The notes below the pieces were generated by a model, which was not told the DNA's origin, made no database searches, and was given only the letters and a program-made list of their open reading frames with translations. A program made the position numbers and the translations under genes. This document shows, in pieces, positions 1 through 10,498 of a stretch of 64,000 nt of DNA; position 1 is the first letter of the stretch, and each line of letters starts with the position of its first letter. The DNA is from Trueperaceae bacterium (GTDB taxonomy: Bacteria > Deinococcota > Deinococci > Deinococcales > Trueperaceae): the NCBI GenBank assembly GCA_965215565.1, contig CBDCDZ010000004.1:3936001-4000000 (forward strand), in the 5' to 3' direction.

Positions 1-779
1 GTGGCGTTTTGCTGCGTCATCTGGCCGCTCACCAAGACCCCCGCGCCGTAACCGCGCATCCGTCCCAATGTTTCGGTGAGGTTGGGCAGGTCGCGCGTGA
101 CCAACTCGGAGAGGTAGACGATCTCTTGCCTGTTATCAAACTTGAGCGTCGAGGTGTTGCCCGCTGCGGCGAGCGTCAAGAAGAGTTCGTTTTGGAGCCA
201 AGCGGTGTGCATGTTAAAGACTTCGCCCGAGGGAAGCGTGAAGAGGTTTTCCTCAATGTTGCGCCAGCCCGCTTCTAAGGCGGTTAGTTGGCTCGAGAGT
301 TGCAGATTGCCGTCCACTTGCGCCTCAAATGCTAAAACTTCTGCTAAGTTTGTGTTTACACGGTTCTGCAAGTCTTGGCGACGTTCCGCCACTGACTCGT
401 TACCGTTGCGTAAGGTGTTGGTAATCCCCCGGTGCTGCGGTACGAGCTGCACTAGGTCGCCTGCTTCGCGCAAGAACTGTGCGCCTTGGTCTTTTTGCAG
501 CGCGGTGCTCACGTTTTCCTGAAGCGACGCAGCGTAGAAGAATACAAAGATGATAAGGGGTAAGGCGAGCGACGCCGCAATGAGCGCCAGCTTCTGCCAG
601 ATTTTCAGGTTGGCGAGCAGACCGCCTGCCGCGCCGCTGTCCGTATTCTTAGCAACCTTCGTAGGCGCAGCCCGCTTCTTCTTGCCCTTCTTAACCTTGC
701 GCGTCTGCCGCGCCTTCGTCCCCTCGCTCACCCCCTGTTGGGTGGGCTCGAGCTTTTCAATGTCAGGTGTATTGTCCAT
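1..779 (-). CDS. Methyl-accepting chemotaxis protein, N-terminal part (runs off window start); NIT-like periplasmic sensor
   Basis: Not in ORF track (no stop in window). Manual translation from ATG at 779: MDNTPDIEKLEPTQQGVSEGTKARQTRKVKKGKKKR...LKIWQKLALIAASLALPLIIFVFFYAASL (TM1)...LVQLVPQHRG...LPNLTETLGRMRGYGAGVL. Upstream AGGAG RBS; follows another MCP in the same orientation. Confidence 0.75.
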   Translation of the reverse strand, partial: MDNTPDIEKLEPTQQGVSEGTKARQTRKVKKGKKKRAAPTKVAKNTDSGAAGGLLANLKIWQKLALIAASLALPLIIFVFFYAASLQENVSTALQKDQGAQFLREAGDLVQLVPQHRGITNTLRNGNESVAERRQDLQNRVNTNLAEVLAFEAQVDGNLQLSSQLTALEAGWRNIEENLFTLPSGEVFNMHTAWLQNELFLTLAAAGNTSTLKFDNRQEIVYLSELVTRDLPNLTETLGRMRGYGAGVLVSGQMTQQNA

Positions 780-887
780 GTAGATGGTGTCTCCTGTAGA
801 TGTTCAGCCGCGCCCCCCAAAGAAGCGCGGCTGAGAGAAAGGGTTAGTTGCGGTGAGGATGTTCTCCCCTAAGGTTGCTCCTATGGC

Positions 888-911
888 AACAAGGGGTTGC
901 AACCCCTTGTT
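888..911. repeat. Perfect 24-bp palindrome, REP-like family member
   Basis: AACAAGGGGTTG|CAACCCCTTGTT; related hairpins at 6094-6115 and 58622-58638. Confidence 0.7.
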
Positions 912-3301
912 TAATTCAAGCGAAAGCGCTCCAAGTTCAAGGTGAGGTTGGCGGCTAACTGCTGCAACTTCTCCGCCGTCTGGCGGCCCTCTTGACCCGT
1001 CTCACGTGCGCGGACCGAAATCTGCGCCATCGACTGGACTTTATCCCCTACTTGCTCGACCCCTGCCACCTGAGCGTTCGTTGCTTGCGAAATGGACTGG
1101 GCGAGTTGCGCGGATTGGGTCACGATCTCCGCAATTTCGCGGAGGCGTTCCCCGGCTTGCGTGGCGACGCGGTAGCCGGTCTCCACCTCGCGCGTCCCGT
1201 CCTCCACCGAGCCAATGACCTCTTGAACCTCAGCCTGAACGTTCTTAATGAGACCGGCGATGCGCTGGGTGGCGCGCTCGGAATCCTCCGCCAGTTTGCG
1301 CACCTCACCTGCAACGATGGCGAAACGGCTGCCGGCTTCACCCGCACCCGACGCCTCGATCGCGGCGTTGAGCGCCAAGAGGTTCGTCTGTGACGAAATA
1401 TCGGAAATCGTATCCACAATCTCGGAAATCTCCAAGGAGCGGTCGCCTAAGCTCTTGATACGCTTAGAGATCGACTGCACCTCGCGGCGGATGCCCTGCA
1501 TACCCTCGAGCGTGTCCGTCACCGCAGCTTCACCTTGACGCGACGCCTCGAGCGCACGCTGAGACGCCGTAGCGGACTGCGACGCGCTCTGTGACATCTG
1601 GCGAATCGAAGTCGTGACCTCTTGCACGTTGCGCTCTGCAAGCTGCGCTTGGCTCGCCGCTTCGTCTGACGAGGCGCTAATCGCGTCAGTGATGTTAAGC
1701 ATCTCCTGTGACCCTTGGTTGACCGAGAGGGTCGCCTCTTGAACGTCACGCAGCAGGTACGCGACCTCTTCCACCATCAAGTTAATCGCGTCGACAACGT
1801 TCCCGAGAACGTCTTCTGAAACCGAGCCGCGCTTGGTGAAGTCGCCGTCGGCGATGTCCATCGCGACGTCTAAGAAGTTACCGATGTTGCTCTGGAGCAT
1901 TTCACGCTGGCGGCGCTCTTCGTCGCGGTCTTCCTCGGTCTGCACCATGCCGCGCAGACGGACCGTCGTCTGGTTGAGCGAGTTCGCCAAGAGCCCCAGC
2001 TCGTCGTTGGACTTGATGTCGAGAAGCTGCGACAAGTCACCGCGTCCGATGCGGCGCGCGGCGAAGGTGAGCTTGTAGAGCGGCGCGGTGATACTGCGCG
2101 CGAAAAGAACCGCCAAGATGCTGGCGACGATAGCGGCGATACCGCCGACGATGATGGCCTGAAGGGTGACTTGAGAAACGGCGGCGAGCGCTTCGGCGGC
2201 TTCCTGGCGGATAACGACGAAGAAGCCTAAGTCTTTGACAGCAGCCAAGGTGCGCTGCTCGAGCGTGCCTGCGCCCTCCGCTAACACCTCTTCACCGACA
2301 AGCAGGCTCGCGTAGCTGTAGAGCACCTCTTGACCGTTCGCGCCGATGAAGCGGCCCGTTCCCTCTAACTCTTCGCCAAACGAACTCGCTAACGCTGCGT
2401 TAGCGAGTTCGTTTGTCACGCCTTCCTGAGCGCGGGGATTGTAGACGAGGCTGCCGTCCGCGTTGGCGAGCACAGCGTAACCCGTTTCGCCGAAGGTCAC
2501 GGCGTTGACAAACTTGAAGAGCGCCGCGCCGTCCACCGTAGTGCGGAGCACACCCACGGGCGCTTGCCCGGTGCTGTCGTAAACAGGTACAGCGATGTCG
2601 AAAGAGGTTATGTTTGCGCTCTCGTCGAACCCGGGTGGTGAGATGTAGACTGCGCCTTCGCCGCTGTTCCAGGCTGCTTGCCACCAGGTCTCGTCGGCTT
2701 GGTTATAGTCTGAAAGCGTGTTGGTCGTTGCGACGGTTGCGCCGTAGCGGTCGGTCACGAAAACCTCAACATGCTCTTCAAAGCCGCTCGAGAACCTGGT
2801 GAGCTTAGCGGCGGCGGGATTCGCGGCCGCGTTGGTGAGCCCGGTAAATTCGGCTGCCGTTGCGCCGCTCTCGCGGTAGAGAACGTCCAATGCTTCGACA
2901 GCGCCGATGGTCTCCGCTTCGCTGCCCGTGTAGCTGGCGTTACGCTCATCTATAGCGGCGCGCAGCGTGTCTGAAAACGCGAGCACCTGAACGCGGCTCG
3001 CCTCTTCAACGAAGAAGAGGTCGATAAGTTCGGTAAGTTCCTCGGATGTCACCGTCTGTTCTTCGATAACCGTTTCGGTAATCGCGGCGCGCGTATTCAC
3101 CGTTACGACGATGATCGTCGTGATGAGCGCCACACCTAAAAGACCGATGATAATCGCGGGCAGCTTGACCGAAAGCGACAGGATGCTCATCTGGTTTTCG
3201 CGCGTCTGTTTGCGCTTCTTGCCGCCCTTCTTGACCTTTCTGGTCTTAGGCGACGCCCCTGCGTTTTGCGGGGGGATGACTTGGGGTTCGGATTGATCCA
3301 T
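911..3301 (-). CDS. Methyl-accepting chemotaxis protein (PilJ-like): Cache-type sensor, HAMP and MCP signalling domain
   Basis: Two TM helices, HAMP (DELGLLANSLNQ), signalling motif ISSQTNLLALNAAIEASGAGEAGSRFAIVAGEVRKLAE; ATG at 3301 behind AAGGAG. Confidence 0.92.
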   Translation of the reverse strand: MDQSEPQVIPPQNAGASPKTRKVKKGGKKRKQTRENQMSILSLSVKLPAIIIGLLGVALITTIIVVTVNTRAAITETVIEEQTVTSEELTELIDLFFVEEASRVQVLAFSDTLRAAIDERNASYTGSEAETIGAVEALDVLYRESGATAAEFTGLTNAAANPAAAKLTRFSSGFEEHVEVFVTDRYGATVATTNTLSDYNQADETWWQAAWNSGEGAVYISPPGFDESANITSFDIAVPVYDSTGQAPVGVLRTTVDGAALFKFVNAVTFGETGYAVLANADGSLVYNPRAQEGVTNELANAALASSFGEELEGTGRFIGANGQEVLYSYASLLVGEEVLAEGAGTLEQRTLAAVKDLGFFVVIRQEAAEALAAVSQVTLQAIIVGGIAAIVASILAVLFARSITAPLYKLTFAARRIGRGDLSQLLDIKSNDELGLLANSLNQTTVRLRGMVQTEEDRDEERRQREMLQSNIGNFLDVAMDIADGDFTKRGSVSEDVLGNVVDAINLMVEEVAYLLRDVQEATLSVNQGSQEMLNITDAISASSDEAASQAQLAERNVQEVTTSIRQMSQSASQSATASQRALEASRQGEAAVTDTLEGMQGIRREVQSISKRIKSLGDRSLEISEIVDTISDISSQTNLLALNAAIEASGAGEAGSRFAIVAGEVRKLAEDSERATQRIAGLIKNVQAEVQEVIGSVEDGTREVETGYRVATQAGERLREIAEIVTQSAQLAQSISQATNAQVAGVEQVGDKVQSMAQISVRARETGQEGRQTAEKLQQLAANLTLNLERFRLN

Positions 3302-3311
3302 CAAGGGCTCC

Positions 3312-3761
3312 TTAGATGACCTCGAGCTGCTGCTCGAGCGCCTTAAATAGGGTAGGGATATTGAGAACGGTGACGCTTTCGCCCGACTGCTTGACCTCGC
3401 CTAAACCGTAGTGCTGCATCTCGGCGGAGGCGTCTTTGAGGGGCATTAGAGCGGAGCGGTCGAGCGCCGAAAAGCCTACGACCTCGTCGATTTTGAGCGC
3501 GACAAAGCGGTCTTCATAGGTGATGAGCGCGGCTAAGTCGGCGGTGGTTGAGCTGTCTGTCAGCTCTAAAAGTGGCGCGAGGTCGATGAGCGGCAAGACG
3601 CTGCCGCGCACCGCGAAAACCCCTAAGAGGCTCTCGGACGTGCGCGGCACGGGTGTGAGGTTAGGAACCGTCACGACCTGCTGCATGTAAGCGCCCTCGG
3701 CGGCAAAAAGTTGACCGCTCAGGCGAAAAAAGCAGGCAGAACTGACCGTGGCGACTGGCAC
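3312..3761 (-). CDS. cheW: CheW-domain coupling protein (PilI-like)
   Basis: LTPVPRT...LLGVFAVRGSVLPLIDL...VALKIDEVVG; operon context. Confidence 0.88.
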   Translation of the reverse strand: MPVATVSSACFFRLSGQLFAAEGAYMQQVVTVPNLTPVPRTSESLLGVFAVRGSVLPLIDLAPLLELTDSSTTADLAALITYEDRFVALKIDEVVGFSALDRSALMPLKDASAEMQHYGLGEVKQSGESVTVLNIPTLFKALEQQLEVI

Positions 3762-4121
3762 TTAGACGTGGCTTTGAACAGCCGCAAGGATGGAGTCGGG
3801 CGTGAAGGGCTTGGTCACGTAGTCGGCTGCGCCCTGGCGCTTGCCCCAGCGGATGTCGGTATCTTCGCTCTTGGAAGAGACCAAAATGACGGGGATGTCT
3901 TTGGTGGCGGCGTTGCGGCGCAGACCGCGCAAGACTTCGTAGCCGTTGCGAGCGGGCATGACGACGTCCAACATAATGAGGTCGGGCTTGTCGGCGGCGA
4001 CTTTGTCCTCGACGGCTGTCGCGTCGGTGTAGCTGCTCACGCTGTGGTTCGCGCCCTTCAAGATGCCCGCGAGCATGTCGATAGTCGCTTGTGAATCGTC
4101 GATTAGGATGATCTTTGCCAT
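3762..4121 (-). CDS. Single-domain response regulator (PilH/CheY-like)
   Basis: ILIDDS, PDLIMLDVVMP, IPVILVSSK, WGKRQGAADYVTKPF. Confidence 0.92.
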   Translation of the reverse strand: MAKIILIDDSQATIDMLAGILKGANHSVSSYTDATAVEDKVAADKPDLIMLDVVMPARNGYEVLRGLRRNAATKDIPVILVSSKSEDTDIRWGKRQGAADYVTKPFTPDSILAAVQSHV

Positions 4122-4596
4122 GTGTGTTTCCTCCTCAGGAACGTGAACCCTTGGGTCCTAAAGTGAGAGATGAAGTGTGAACTAAGATCGAGAGTTTTGC
4201 GGATACGTTTCTCAGTGGGTTTTAGGTCAACCTCAGTCGTCACACTCCTCCTCGTGTAGTCGCCGCCCGCTTGGATGGTATAGATAAATACGGGTCAAAA
4301 AGACGCAGCGCGGCTTTACGCCCTCAATTATGAGCGGCCGCCGCGCTGCTAAGCTGGTAAGTTTTCAACGTGTGCAGGGGGAGATTTTTCACTTAGAGAC
4401 GGGACGTGCGGCGCGCCCATAAAGCGCGACTCTAAAGCGTCGGCGGAAGTTTTTAGCGAGAGGCGCGACTACAGCGCATATCACCGTTAAACCGGGAGAG
4501 ATAGAAAGCGGCTCGCGCTTTCGCGAACTTTCTAAATGTAAAAAATCAACTGTGTAGGGCTCACAGCAGGAGACAGCTTGCGGCGAGGCAAAAAAG

Positions 4597-4621
4597 AAGA
4601 GGCGACTTTGAGGTCGCCTCT
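4597..4621 (-). terminator. Intrinsic terminator of the FmdB-family gene
   Basis: AGAGGCGAC-tttgag-GTCGCCTCT hairpin preceded on + strand by an A-run (U-run on - strand). Confidence 0.65.
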
Positions 4622-4668
4622 GCGTTACTCAGATCAGCTATAAGCAAGAGGTAGTTTTGGCGCGCTCG

Positions 4669-5010
4669 TCAGTCTTTTGACGCGCCCGCTTTCGTCGTCT
4701 CTTTGGGCTCGCTCTTGTGCTTCACTTCGCCCTTGCTCTCCTTCTCGGGCTTGCCCTCAGTTTTGCTCTCGGGCTTACCTTCAGACTTACCTATGTCGTC
4801 TTTCTTCTCGCTAGTAGTCTCCTTGGGCGTGCTTGACCTCGAGTCGGTCACATAGAACCCGGAGCCCTTAAAGGCGATGCCTACAGGCTGAATCAGCCGT
4901 TTGACGGGCTCGCCCGTTTCGGGGTGCTCGGTGAGCGCCGACTCGGTGATGCGCTGCTGAAGCTCGAAGGTCTCGCCGGTAATGAGGTTTTTATAAACGT
5001 AGACAGGCAT
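4669..5010 (-). CDS. FmdB-family zinc-ribbon-like protein lacking cysteines
   Basis: MPVYVYK...HPETGEPVKRLIQPVGIAFKGSGFYVTDSR plus low-complexity charged tail. Confidence 0.8.
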   Translation of the reverse strand: MPVYVYKNLITGETFELQQRITESALTEHPETGEPVKRLIQPVGIAFKGSGFYVTDSRSSTPKETTSEKKDDIGKSEGKPESKTEGKPEKESKGEVKHKSEPKETTKAGASKD

Positions 5011-5062
5011 TCATCCTCCACAAAAACTGCTGCAACTATATCATCCTTGCTAAGCTGGAACG

Positions 5063-6058
5063 ATGTCGGACGCTTCACAAATTTCAAACCTGGCAGTCGT
5101 CGGCGCGGGCGCGTGGGGCACGACGCTGGCGGTGCTACTTGCTCAAATCAATCCAGAGCAGAAGATCACGCTCTGGGCGCGTCGCCCCGAGTTCGCTGAA
5201 CAACTCCGCAAAGCGCGTGAGAACCGCACTTACCTCCCGGGGTTGACGCTACCTGAAAACGTCTCCATTACCTCGGACTTACGAGAGGTTGGAGGCGCAC
5301 GAACGTTCATCGCCGTGCCGAGCAAAGGGCTCAGAGCGGTGATGGAAGCGTTGCCCGCTGTGCCCGCTCTCATCTGCTGCGCGAAAGGTTTGGAACTCGG
5401 CTCGTTCAAGCGGTTCTCTGAGGTGTTGGGCGAGTATCAGCCGGGCGCAGCCCTAGCCGCGCTCTCGGGTCCGAACTTGGCGAAAGAGATCGCGGCGGGG
5501 CTGCCTGCGTCGGCGACGGTGGCGTCAGAGGATGAGGGTTTAACGGAAGAGGTTCAGCGCCGGCTCTCAGGTCCTACCTTCCGCGTTTACACGAGCCGTG
5601 ACATTGTCGGCGTCGAGGTCAGCGGGGCGCTCAAAAACGTCATCGCATTGGCGGCGGGGATGTGCGACGGATTGGGGCTAGGCGACAACGCTAAAGCGAC
5701 GATCATTACGAGAGGTCTGGCTGAAATCGTGCGCTTAGGGACGCATATGGGCGGCGAGATGCAAACCTTTTACGGGCTGGCGGGTTTGGGTGACGTAGTG
5801 GCGACGTGTGGGGGCTCTGGCTCGCGCAACCACACCGCCGGGGAGCGCATCGCAAGAGGTGATACGCTCGCGGACTTAGAGCGCGATAAGCTCAACGCAG
5901 AAGGGCTTCCGACGGTTCGCGCGGTGGTGGCGTACGCCCAAAAAGAGGGGCTCGAGCTGCCCATCTCGCAAGAGGTCTACCGCGTCGTGTTCGAAGAGAA
6001 GTCGCCCCGGCAAGCGCTGCACGATCTGATGACGAGAGGCACGAAGGCGGAGTGGTGA
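5063..6058 (+). CDS. gpsA: NAD(P)H-dependent glycerol-3-phosphate dehydrogenase
   Basis: VVGAGAWGT, LSGPNLAKEI, GALKNVIALAAG, GLAGLGDV, SRNH; TAAGCT-N6-ATG. Confidence 0.95.
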   Translation: MSDASQISNLAVVGAGAWGTTLAVLLAQINPEQKITLWARRPEFAEQLRKARENRTYLPGLTLPENVSITSDLREVGGARTFIAVPSKGLRAVMEALPAVPALICCAKGLELGSFKRFSEVLGEYQPGAALAALSGPNLAKEIAAGLPASATVASEDEGLTEEVQRRLSGPTFRVYTSRDIVGVEVSGALKNVIALAAGMCDGLGLGDNAKATIITRGLAEIVRLGTHMGGEMQTFYGLAGLGDVVATCGGSGSRNHTAGERIARGDTLADLERDKLNAEGLPTVRAVVAYAQKEGLELPISQEVYRVVFEEKSPRQALHDLMTRGTKAEW

Positions 6059-6170
6059 ACGAGGTGCGTATGAGATAGCAAGGGACTGAGATAGCAAGGG
6101 GCTTGAGCCCCTTGTTGGTTGGTGGAGGTGACGCTCCGCACGAGATGGACCTCATCTGCTCGAGAGGCGT

Positions 6171-6860
6171 TTACGCACGGTTCTCCGCGTACCATTCACA
6201 GATATCGGTGAGCGGACACTGTGCACACTTGGGCGCTTTCCACACGCATACCTGCTGACCGTGAAGGAGCAGCGCGATGTGGAAGTTGTAAAGGACATGT
6301 GGGTCTCTGGGCAAGAGCCCGGCAAGAGGTTTGTGCGCCGCCGTGGACGACTTGACCTTCTGCGAGATGAGCCCGACACGTTGGCTGACGCGGTACACGT
6401 GCGTGTCTACAGGAAGAATGGGTTTGCTGAAGCAAAAGAGCAAAACCAGCGCCGCCGTTTTGATGCCGACACCCGGCAGCGCGGTGAGCCAAGCTAAGCC
6501 GTCTTCCACGCTCGAGTCCTGCAAGAAGTCGATCTTCGCCTCGCCGCGCTCCTCTATAATCTGCGCGAGCGTCTTCTTGATCTGCGGCGCTTTGGTCTCG
6601 GGGTAGTTCGAGGGCGCGATGGCTTTGGCGAGGGCGCTTTCCGGCGCGTCCCTTATTCCCTCCCACGAGCCGAAGCGTTCCCACATCCGCTTGTACGCAA
6701 GCTCCTCGTTTGCCCACGTAGTGCGCTGTGACAAGATGGTCGAGATGAGTTCGTGCAGGGGGTCACGGCGCGGGGTGAGGTCACGTTCGCCGTAGGTTTC
6801 GACTAAGCGGGTGTAGACCTCTTTTGTTTTCGTGTCGCTGATGGTTTGCGCAGACTGCAT
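6171..6860 (-). CDS. nth: Endonuclease III / HhH-GPD DNA glycosylase with 4Fe-4S cluster
   Basis: LISTILSQRT, LPGVGIKTA, PVDTHVYRV, C-x6-C-x2-C-x5-C; start moved to ATG 6860. Confidence 0.85.
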   Translation of the reverse strand: MQSAQTISDTKTKEVYTRLVETYGERDLTPRRDPLHELISTILSQRTTWANEELAYKRMWERFGSWEGIRDAPESALAKAIAPSNYPETKAPQIKKTLAQIIEERGEAKIDFLQDSSVEDGLAWLTALPGVGIKTAALVLLFCFSKPILPVDTHVYRVSQRVGLISQKVKSSTAAHKPLAGLLPRDPHVLYNFHIALLLHGQQVCVWKAPKCAQCPLTDICEWYAENRA

Positions 6861-7062
6861 AAGGACAGCTTGCCGAGAAATATTCGTGGTGACAAGAGGT
6901 GGGGCTGCTTTTAAGGAGTTGAAAGCAATTAGCAACGAGTAATGAGTAAAAATCAAAGACTTTCAACTCATTGCTCATTGCTCGGAACTCATTGCTCAAT
7001 CTATTCAGCGCAACGTGTCTCAAAGCCAAGCGGTGTAAGCTCAAACTCGAGAGGAGCTTTTT

Positions 7063-7425
7063 ATGATCGCAGTTGCTAACCGAATCTTTGTCAACCCCGA
7101 CTACGCCGAGGCGTTCGAGGCGCGTTTTCGTGACCGCGCCGGGCTCGTGGATGAGATGCCCGGTTTTATCTTCAACCAAGTTCTGCGCCCGAGCCAACCC
7201 GGAGACCCTTATGTGGTGATGACCTATTGGGAATCGCACGAACAATTCAAAGCCTGGACGGAGTCCGAAGCGTTTAGAGAGGGTCACGCTAAGAGTGGGT
7301 CACTCCCGAAAGAGGCGTTTGCGGGGCGCAATAAGTTGGAGATTCATCAAGTCATCCAAGATTCTCGCGAGCCAGATATGACGCCTGAGCCCCCTTTAGA
7401 ACTCAGCGAAAACGTCCACGGGTAG
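7063..7425 (+). CDS. Antibiotic biosynthesis monooxygenase-family (IsdG/HmoA-like) protein
   Basis: MIAVANRIFV...FEARF...PGF...YVVMTYWES...AWTESEAFREGH; GAGGAG RBS. Confidence 0.85.
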   Translation: MIAVANRIFVNPDYAEAFEARFRDRAGLVDEMPGFIFNQVLRPSQPGDPYVVMTYWESHEQFKAWTESEAFREGHAKSGSLPKEAFAGRNKLEIHQVIQDSREPDMTPEPPLELSENVHG

Positions 7426-7504
7426 GCTGGCTGAATTTGAAGACAAGTTCATAGTCTTTTGACCTCTTCGTGTCTTACTTTAGGGCGAGGAGGCAGATTA
7501 GATT

Positions 7505-7720
7505 ATGGCAGACCACCTGAGCAGTGACCCGCTAGAGAATCCGGCGGCCTCGAGGCAGTCCTACAAAGTCCACGAACTCGCCAAAGAACTCGACACGTCC
7601 GAGGAGCAAGTCAGAGTGTGGATACGCGAGGGCGACATCGAAGCGATGTCGGATGAAGAGCACGCCGGGTATCATGCGGACACCATCGAACAACTCCGCG
7701 CTTTTCAGAATAACGGCTAG
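7505..7720 (+). CDS. Small helix-turn-helix protein
   Basis: YKVHELAKELDTSEEQVRVWIREG; GAGGAGG RBS. Confidence 0.6.
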   Translation: MADHLSSDPLENPAASRQSYKVHELAKELDTSEEQVRVWIREGDIEAMSDEEHAGYHADTIEQLRAFQNNG

Positions 7721-7888
7721 AGAGAATAGAGAGGGCGGTATAGCTTCGCATTCTTCTTTTGCTTTTGCAGAGCACTTCAGCATAGGTGAAGCACATAGTG
7801 CTTTGAGCTTCGCTCTAACCTATGTCAGCCAGTCAGCACTTCAGGTTTTCCTGATAAGCTGACTGGCTGATACGCTGACTAGCTTCTT

Positions 7889-8704
7889 CTACCTCTCCCA
7901 ATCCGGCCCACTCTGAGGGTCAACCAAGCGCTCTTCACGGCGCAAACCGTAAATTTGCTCCATCTCCTTATCTGACAGTTCAAAGTCGAAGATGTCGAAA
8001 TTCCCCTCGCGGTGCTCGGCGCTGCTCGCTTTGGGAATCGCGGCGACGTGGTCTTGTTGAACGAGCCACCTTAGCGTGACCTGCACGGGCGACTTGCCGT
8101 GCGCTTCGCCAATCTCTTTTAAGGTAGAGTCGCTTATGATATCGCCTTGTGCGATAGGGCTGTACGCCGTCAAGAGGTAGTCCAGGTTCTTTGCCTGCTC
8201 GATGAGTTTGTCTTGCGACAAGTACGGGTGATACTCCACCTGGTTTGCAAAAATCTTCGCATGTTGCTTGGCTTCTTCAACCAAAGAGGGCGTAAAGTTG
8301 CTGAGCCCCAAATGTCGCACGCTGCCCTCTTCGACGAACTGATTCAACGCGCCGAGCGTTTCGCCAATCGGTACGTCCGGGTTAGGCCAGTGCAAGAGCA
8401 AGAGGTCTACGTAGCCCGCATCAAGTTTCTCTAAACTCTCCCTCGTCGTGCTTACAGCCTTATCTTCTGTGAAGTTGTCCGGTCTCAGCTTTGTCACCAA
8501 AAAGATGTCCTCGCGGCTCACTCCTGCGCTCTTGAGCCCACGTCCAACCTCGGCCTCGTTGCTGTAACCCTGCGCCGTGTCGATGTGTCTATAGCCTAAA
8601 GAGAGCGCGTGTTCGACGCCCTTGACGCAGTCTTCACCCGAGAGTTTCCAGGTCCCGAAGCCCAGTGCAGGAACTTTTTGTCCTTGAATAGTTTCTAAAA
8701 TCAT
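7889..8704 (-). CDS. Aldo/keto reductase
   Basis: LGFGTW, GYRHIDTAQGY, DLLLLHWP, NQVEYHPY, AYSP, IPKASS. Confidence 0.95.
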   Translation of the reverse strand: MILETIQGQKVPALGFGTWKLSGEDCVKGVEHALSLGYRHIDTAQGYSNEAEVGRGLKSAGVSREDIFLVTKLRPDNFTEDKAVSTTRESLEKLDAGYVDLLLLHWPNPDVPIGETLGALNQFVEEGSVRHLGLSNFTPSLVEEAKQHAKIFANQVEYHPYLSQDKLIEQAKNLDYLLTAYSPIAQGDIISDSTLKEIGEAHGKSPVQVTLRWLVQQDHVAAIPKASSAEHREGNFDIFDFELSDKEMEQIYGLRREERLVDPQSGPDWER

Positions 8705-8959
8705 AGCCGCCTCCTATAGCAGGTTACTTCGTTTACGGAGTTTCCCTTTGGGAAAAGCTTCGCGCAATTATGCTGGTCAGAACCTATCTGAGAAGATGAA
8801 GCGTCGTCTATCACCTACAGAATGATGATGCCTGCGCCATCTCAGCTTGATGCTTCCGACAACCGCTATTTCCCAACCTAAACGTTGCTGAACAACTTGA
8901 CAGAAAGCTAAAATGCACTTTTGGAAACCTAAGAGGTCAAAATAGGTCATAATCCCCTC

Positions 8960-9742
8960 ATGGCAAATAAAAAAGCTGAAATTTTAGGTATCGACATCGG
9001 CGGCTCGGGCATCAAAGGGGCGACGGTGGACTTAGGGACGGGTGAACTCACCCGAGAGCGCTACCGCATTGAAACGCCGCAACCCTCCAAACCGGAGGCG
9101 GTGGCCGAAGTCGTGACAGACATCGTCAAGCATTTCGAGTGGGACGGTCCCATCGGCTGCACCTTTCCCGCTATCGTTAAAAATGGCGTCACCCTTTCGG
9201 CAGCAAACGTAGACGATGATTGGATAGGTACGGACGCCGCCGCACTGTTTCAAGAGGCGACGGGTTGCCCGGTGAGCCTCCTCAACGACGCGGACGCCGC
9301 TGGCGTGGCGGAGATGACCTTCGGCGCGGGCAAGGGCAAAGAGGGTGTCGTCTTCACCCTGACCTTCGGCACGGGCATCGGCAGTGGGATGTTCATCGAC
9401 GGTAAGCTCATCCCGAACACCGAACTCGGGCACATGGCGCTTAAAGAGCACGAGGACGCCGAGAAGTGGGCGGCGAGCAGCGTGCGCAAAGCCGAGGATT
9501 TAAGCTGGAAGAAGTGGGGCAAGCGCGTGAACGTGTACTTGCAGAAGCTCGAGGCGCTATTCTCCCCCGACTTGTTCATTATCGGCGGCGGCGTCAGCAA
9601 AAAGAGCGAGAAGTTCTTTGAGTTTTTAGAACTCAATACGCCTTTTGTACCTGCGGAGTTGCGTAATGAAGCGGGGATTGTGGGAGCGGCGATTGTTGCC
9701 TCGAGAGAGGTAGAAGTGGCGTCTCGAGTGGCGACCTCTTAG
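8960..9742 (+). CDS. ppgK: Polyphosphate glucokinase (ROK family)
   Basis: [46 protein letters not shown]. Confidence 0.93.
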   Translation: MANKKAEILGIDIGGSGIKGATVDLGTGELTRERYRIETPQPSKPEAVAEVVTDIVKHFEWDGPIGCTFPAIVKNGVTLSAANVDDDWIGTDAAALFQEATGCPVSLLNDADAAGVAEMTFGAGKGKEGVVFTLTFGTGIGSGMFIDGKLIPNTELGHMALKEHEDAEKWAASSVRKAEDLSWKKWGKRVNVYLQKLEALFSPDLFIIGGGVSKKSEKFFEFLELNTPFVPAELRNEAGIVGAAIVASREVEVASRVATS

Positions 9743-9830
9743 CTATTAGTCTTTCAGTTTTGCTAATTGCCAAGAGCTAATGGCTAACAGCTTTCAATTC
9801 ATTCTCAGCGCCTAACGCTATAATCAACTT

Positions 9831-10217
9831 ATGCCAACAGTCACCGTCAACGGGCAGAGCAAAGAGGTCGAAGCAGATAAGCGCCTTACCTTAGCTATCA
9901 AAGAACTCGGCGTCAATATCGGACACCGCTGTGGTGGTCAGGCGAGATGTACGACTTGCCGCGTCGAGTTCGTCTCAGGCGAACCTAATGAGATGACCCG
10001 CGCAGAATTTCTCAAACTCGGGCTTGGGACGCTCGGACAAGAGCCCCCGACCTACCGCTTGTCGTGTCAAATCAAATGCTCGCAGGACATGGTGGTTGAG
10101 GCGGTCATGACTTTAGAGAATCAAGACTGGAGTAATACCGGACCCGAACTCGCCGAAGAGGTGGAGCCGGAGCCGATATGGTTTACGAAAGAGGAGTTGA
10201 TGCAGACAGCGGAATAA
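9831..10217 (+). CDS. 2Fe-2S ferredoxin-like protein
   Basis: HRCGGQARCTTC...RLSCQI; TATAAT-N6-ATG. Confidence 0.88.
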   Translation: MPTVTVNGQSKEVEADKRLTLAIKELGVNIGHRCGGQARCTTCRVEFVSGEPNEMTRAEFLKLGLGTLGQEPPTYRLSCQIKCSQDMVVEAVMTLENQDWSNTGPELAEEVEPEPIWFTKEELMQTAE

Positions 10218-10252
10218 TTGCGTCGGCTCTCGAAAGCACGTATTCTAGTTCT

Positions 10253-10498
10253 ATGACTGTAGAACTGACTCGAGAGCAGGAGCAACTCATCAAAGGGCTG
10301 ATTGAAAGTGGGCGCTACGAAGATGATAGCGCCGTGCTCAGCCAGTCTTTGAAGCTGATTCAGGAATACGAGAGCAGACTCTCTTACCTCCGCGCCGAAA
10401 TTCAGAAAGGTGAAGACAGCGGCGACTATAAACCACTCGACGTGGATAGCATACTCATGAAGGCGAGAGAGCAGCACGAACAGCGCAAGCTAAAGTAG
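10253..10498 (+). CDS. parD: ParD-family antitoxin (ribbon-helix-helix)
   Basis: MTVELTREQEQLIKGLIESGRYED...LRAEIQKGEDSG; TATTCT-N6-ATG; 1-nt overlap with toxin. Confidence 0.85.
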   Translation: MTVELTREQEQLIKGLIESGRYEDDSAVLSQSLKLIQEYESRLSYLRAEIQKGEDSGDYKPLDVDSILMKAREQHEQRKLK

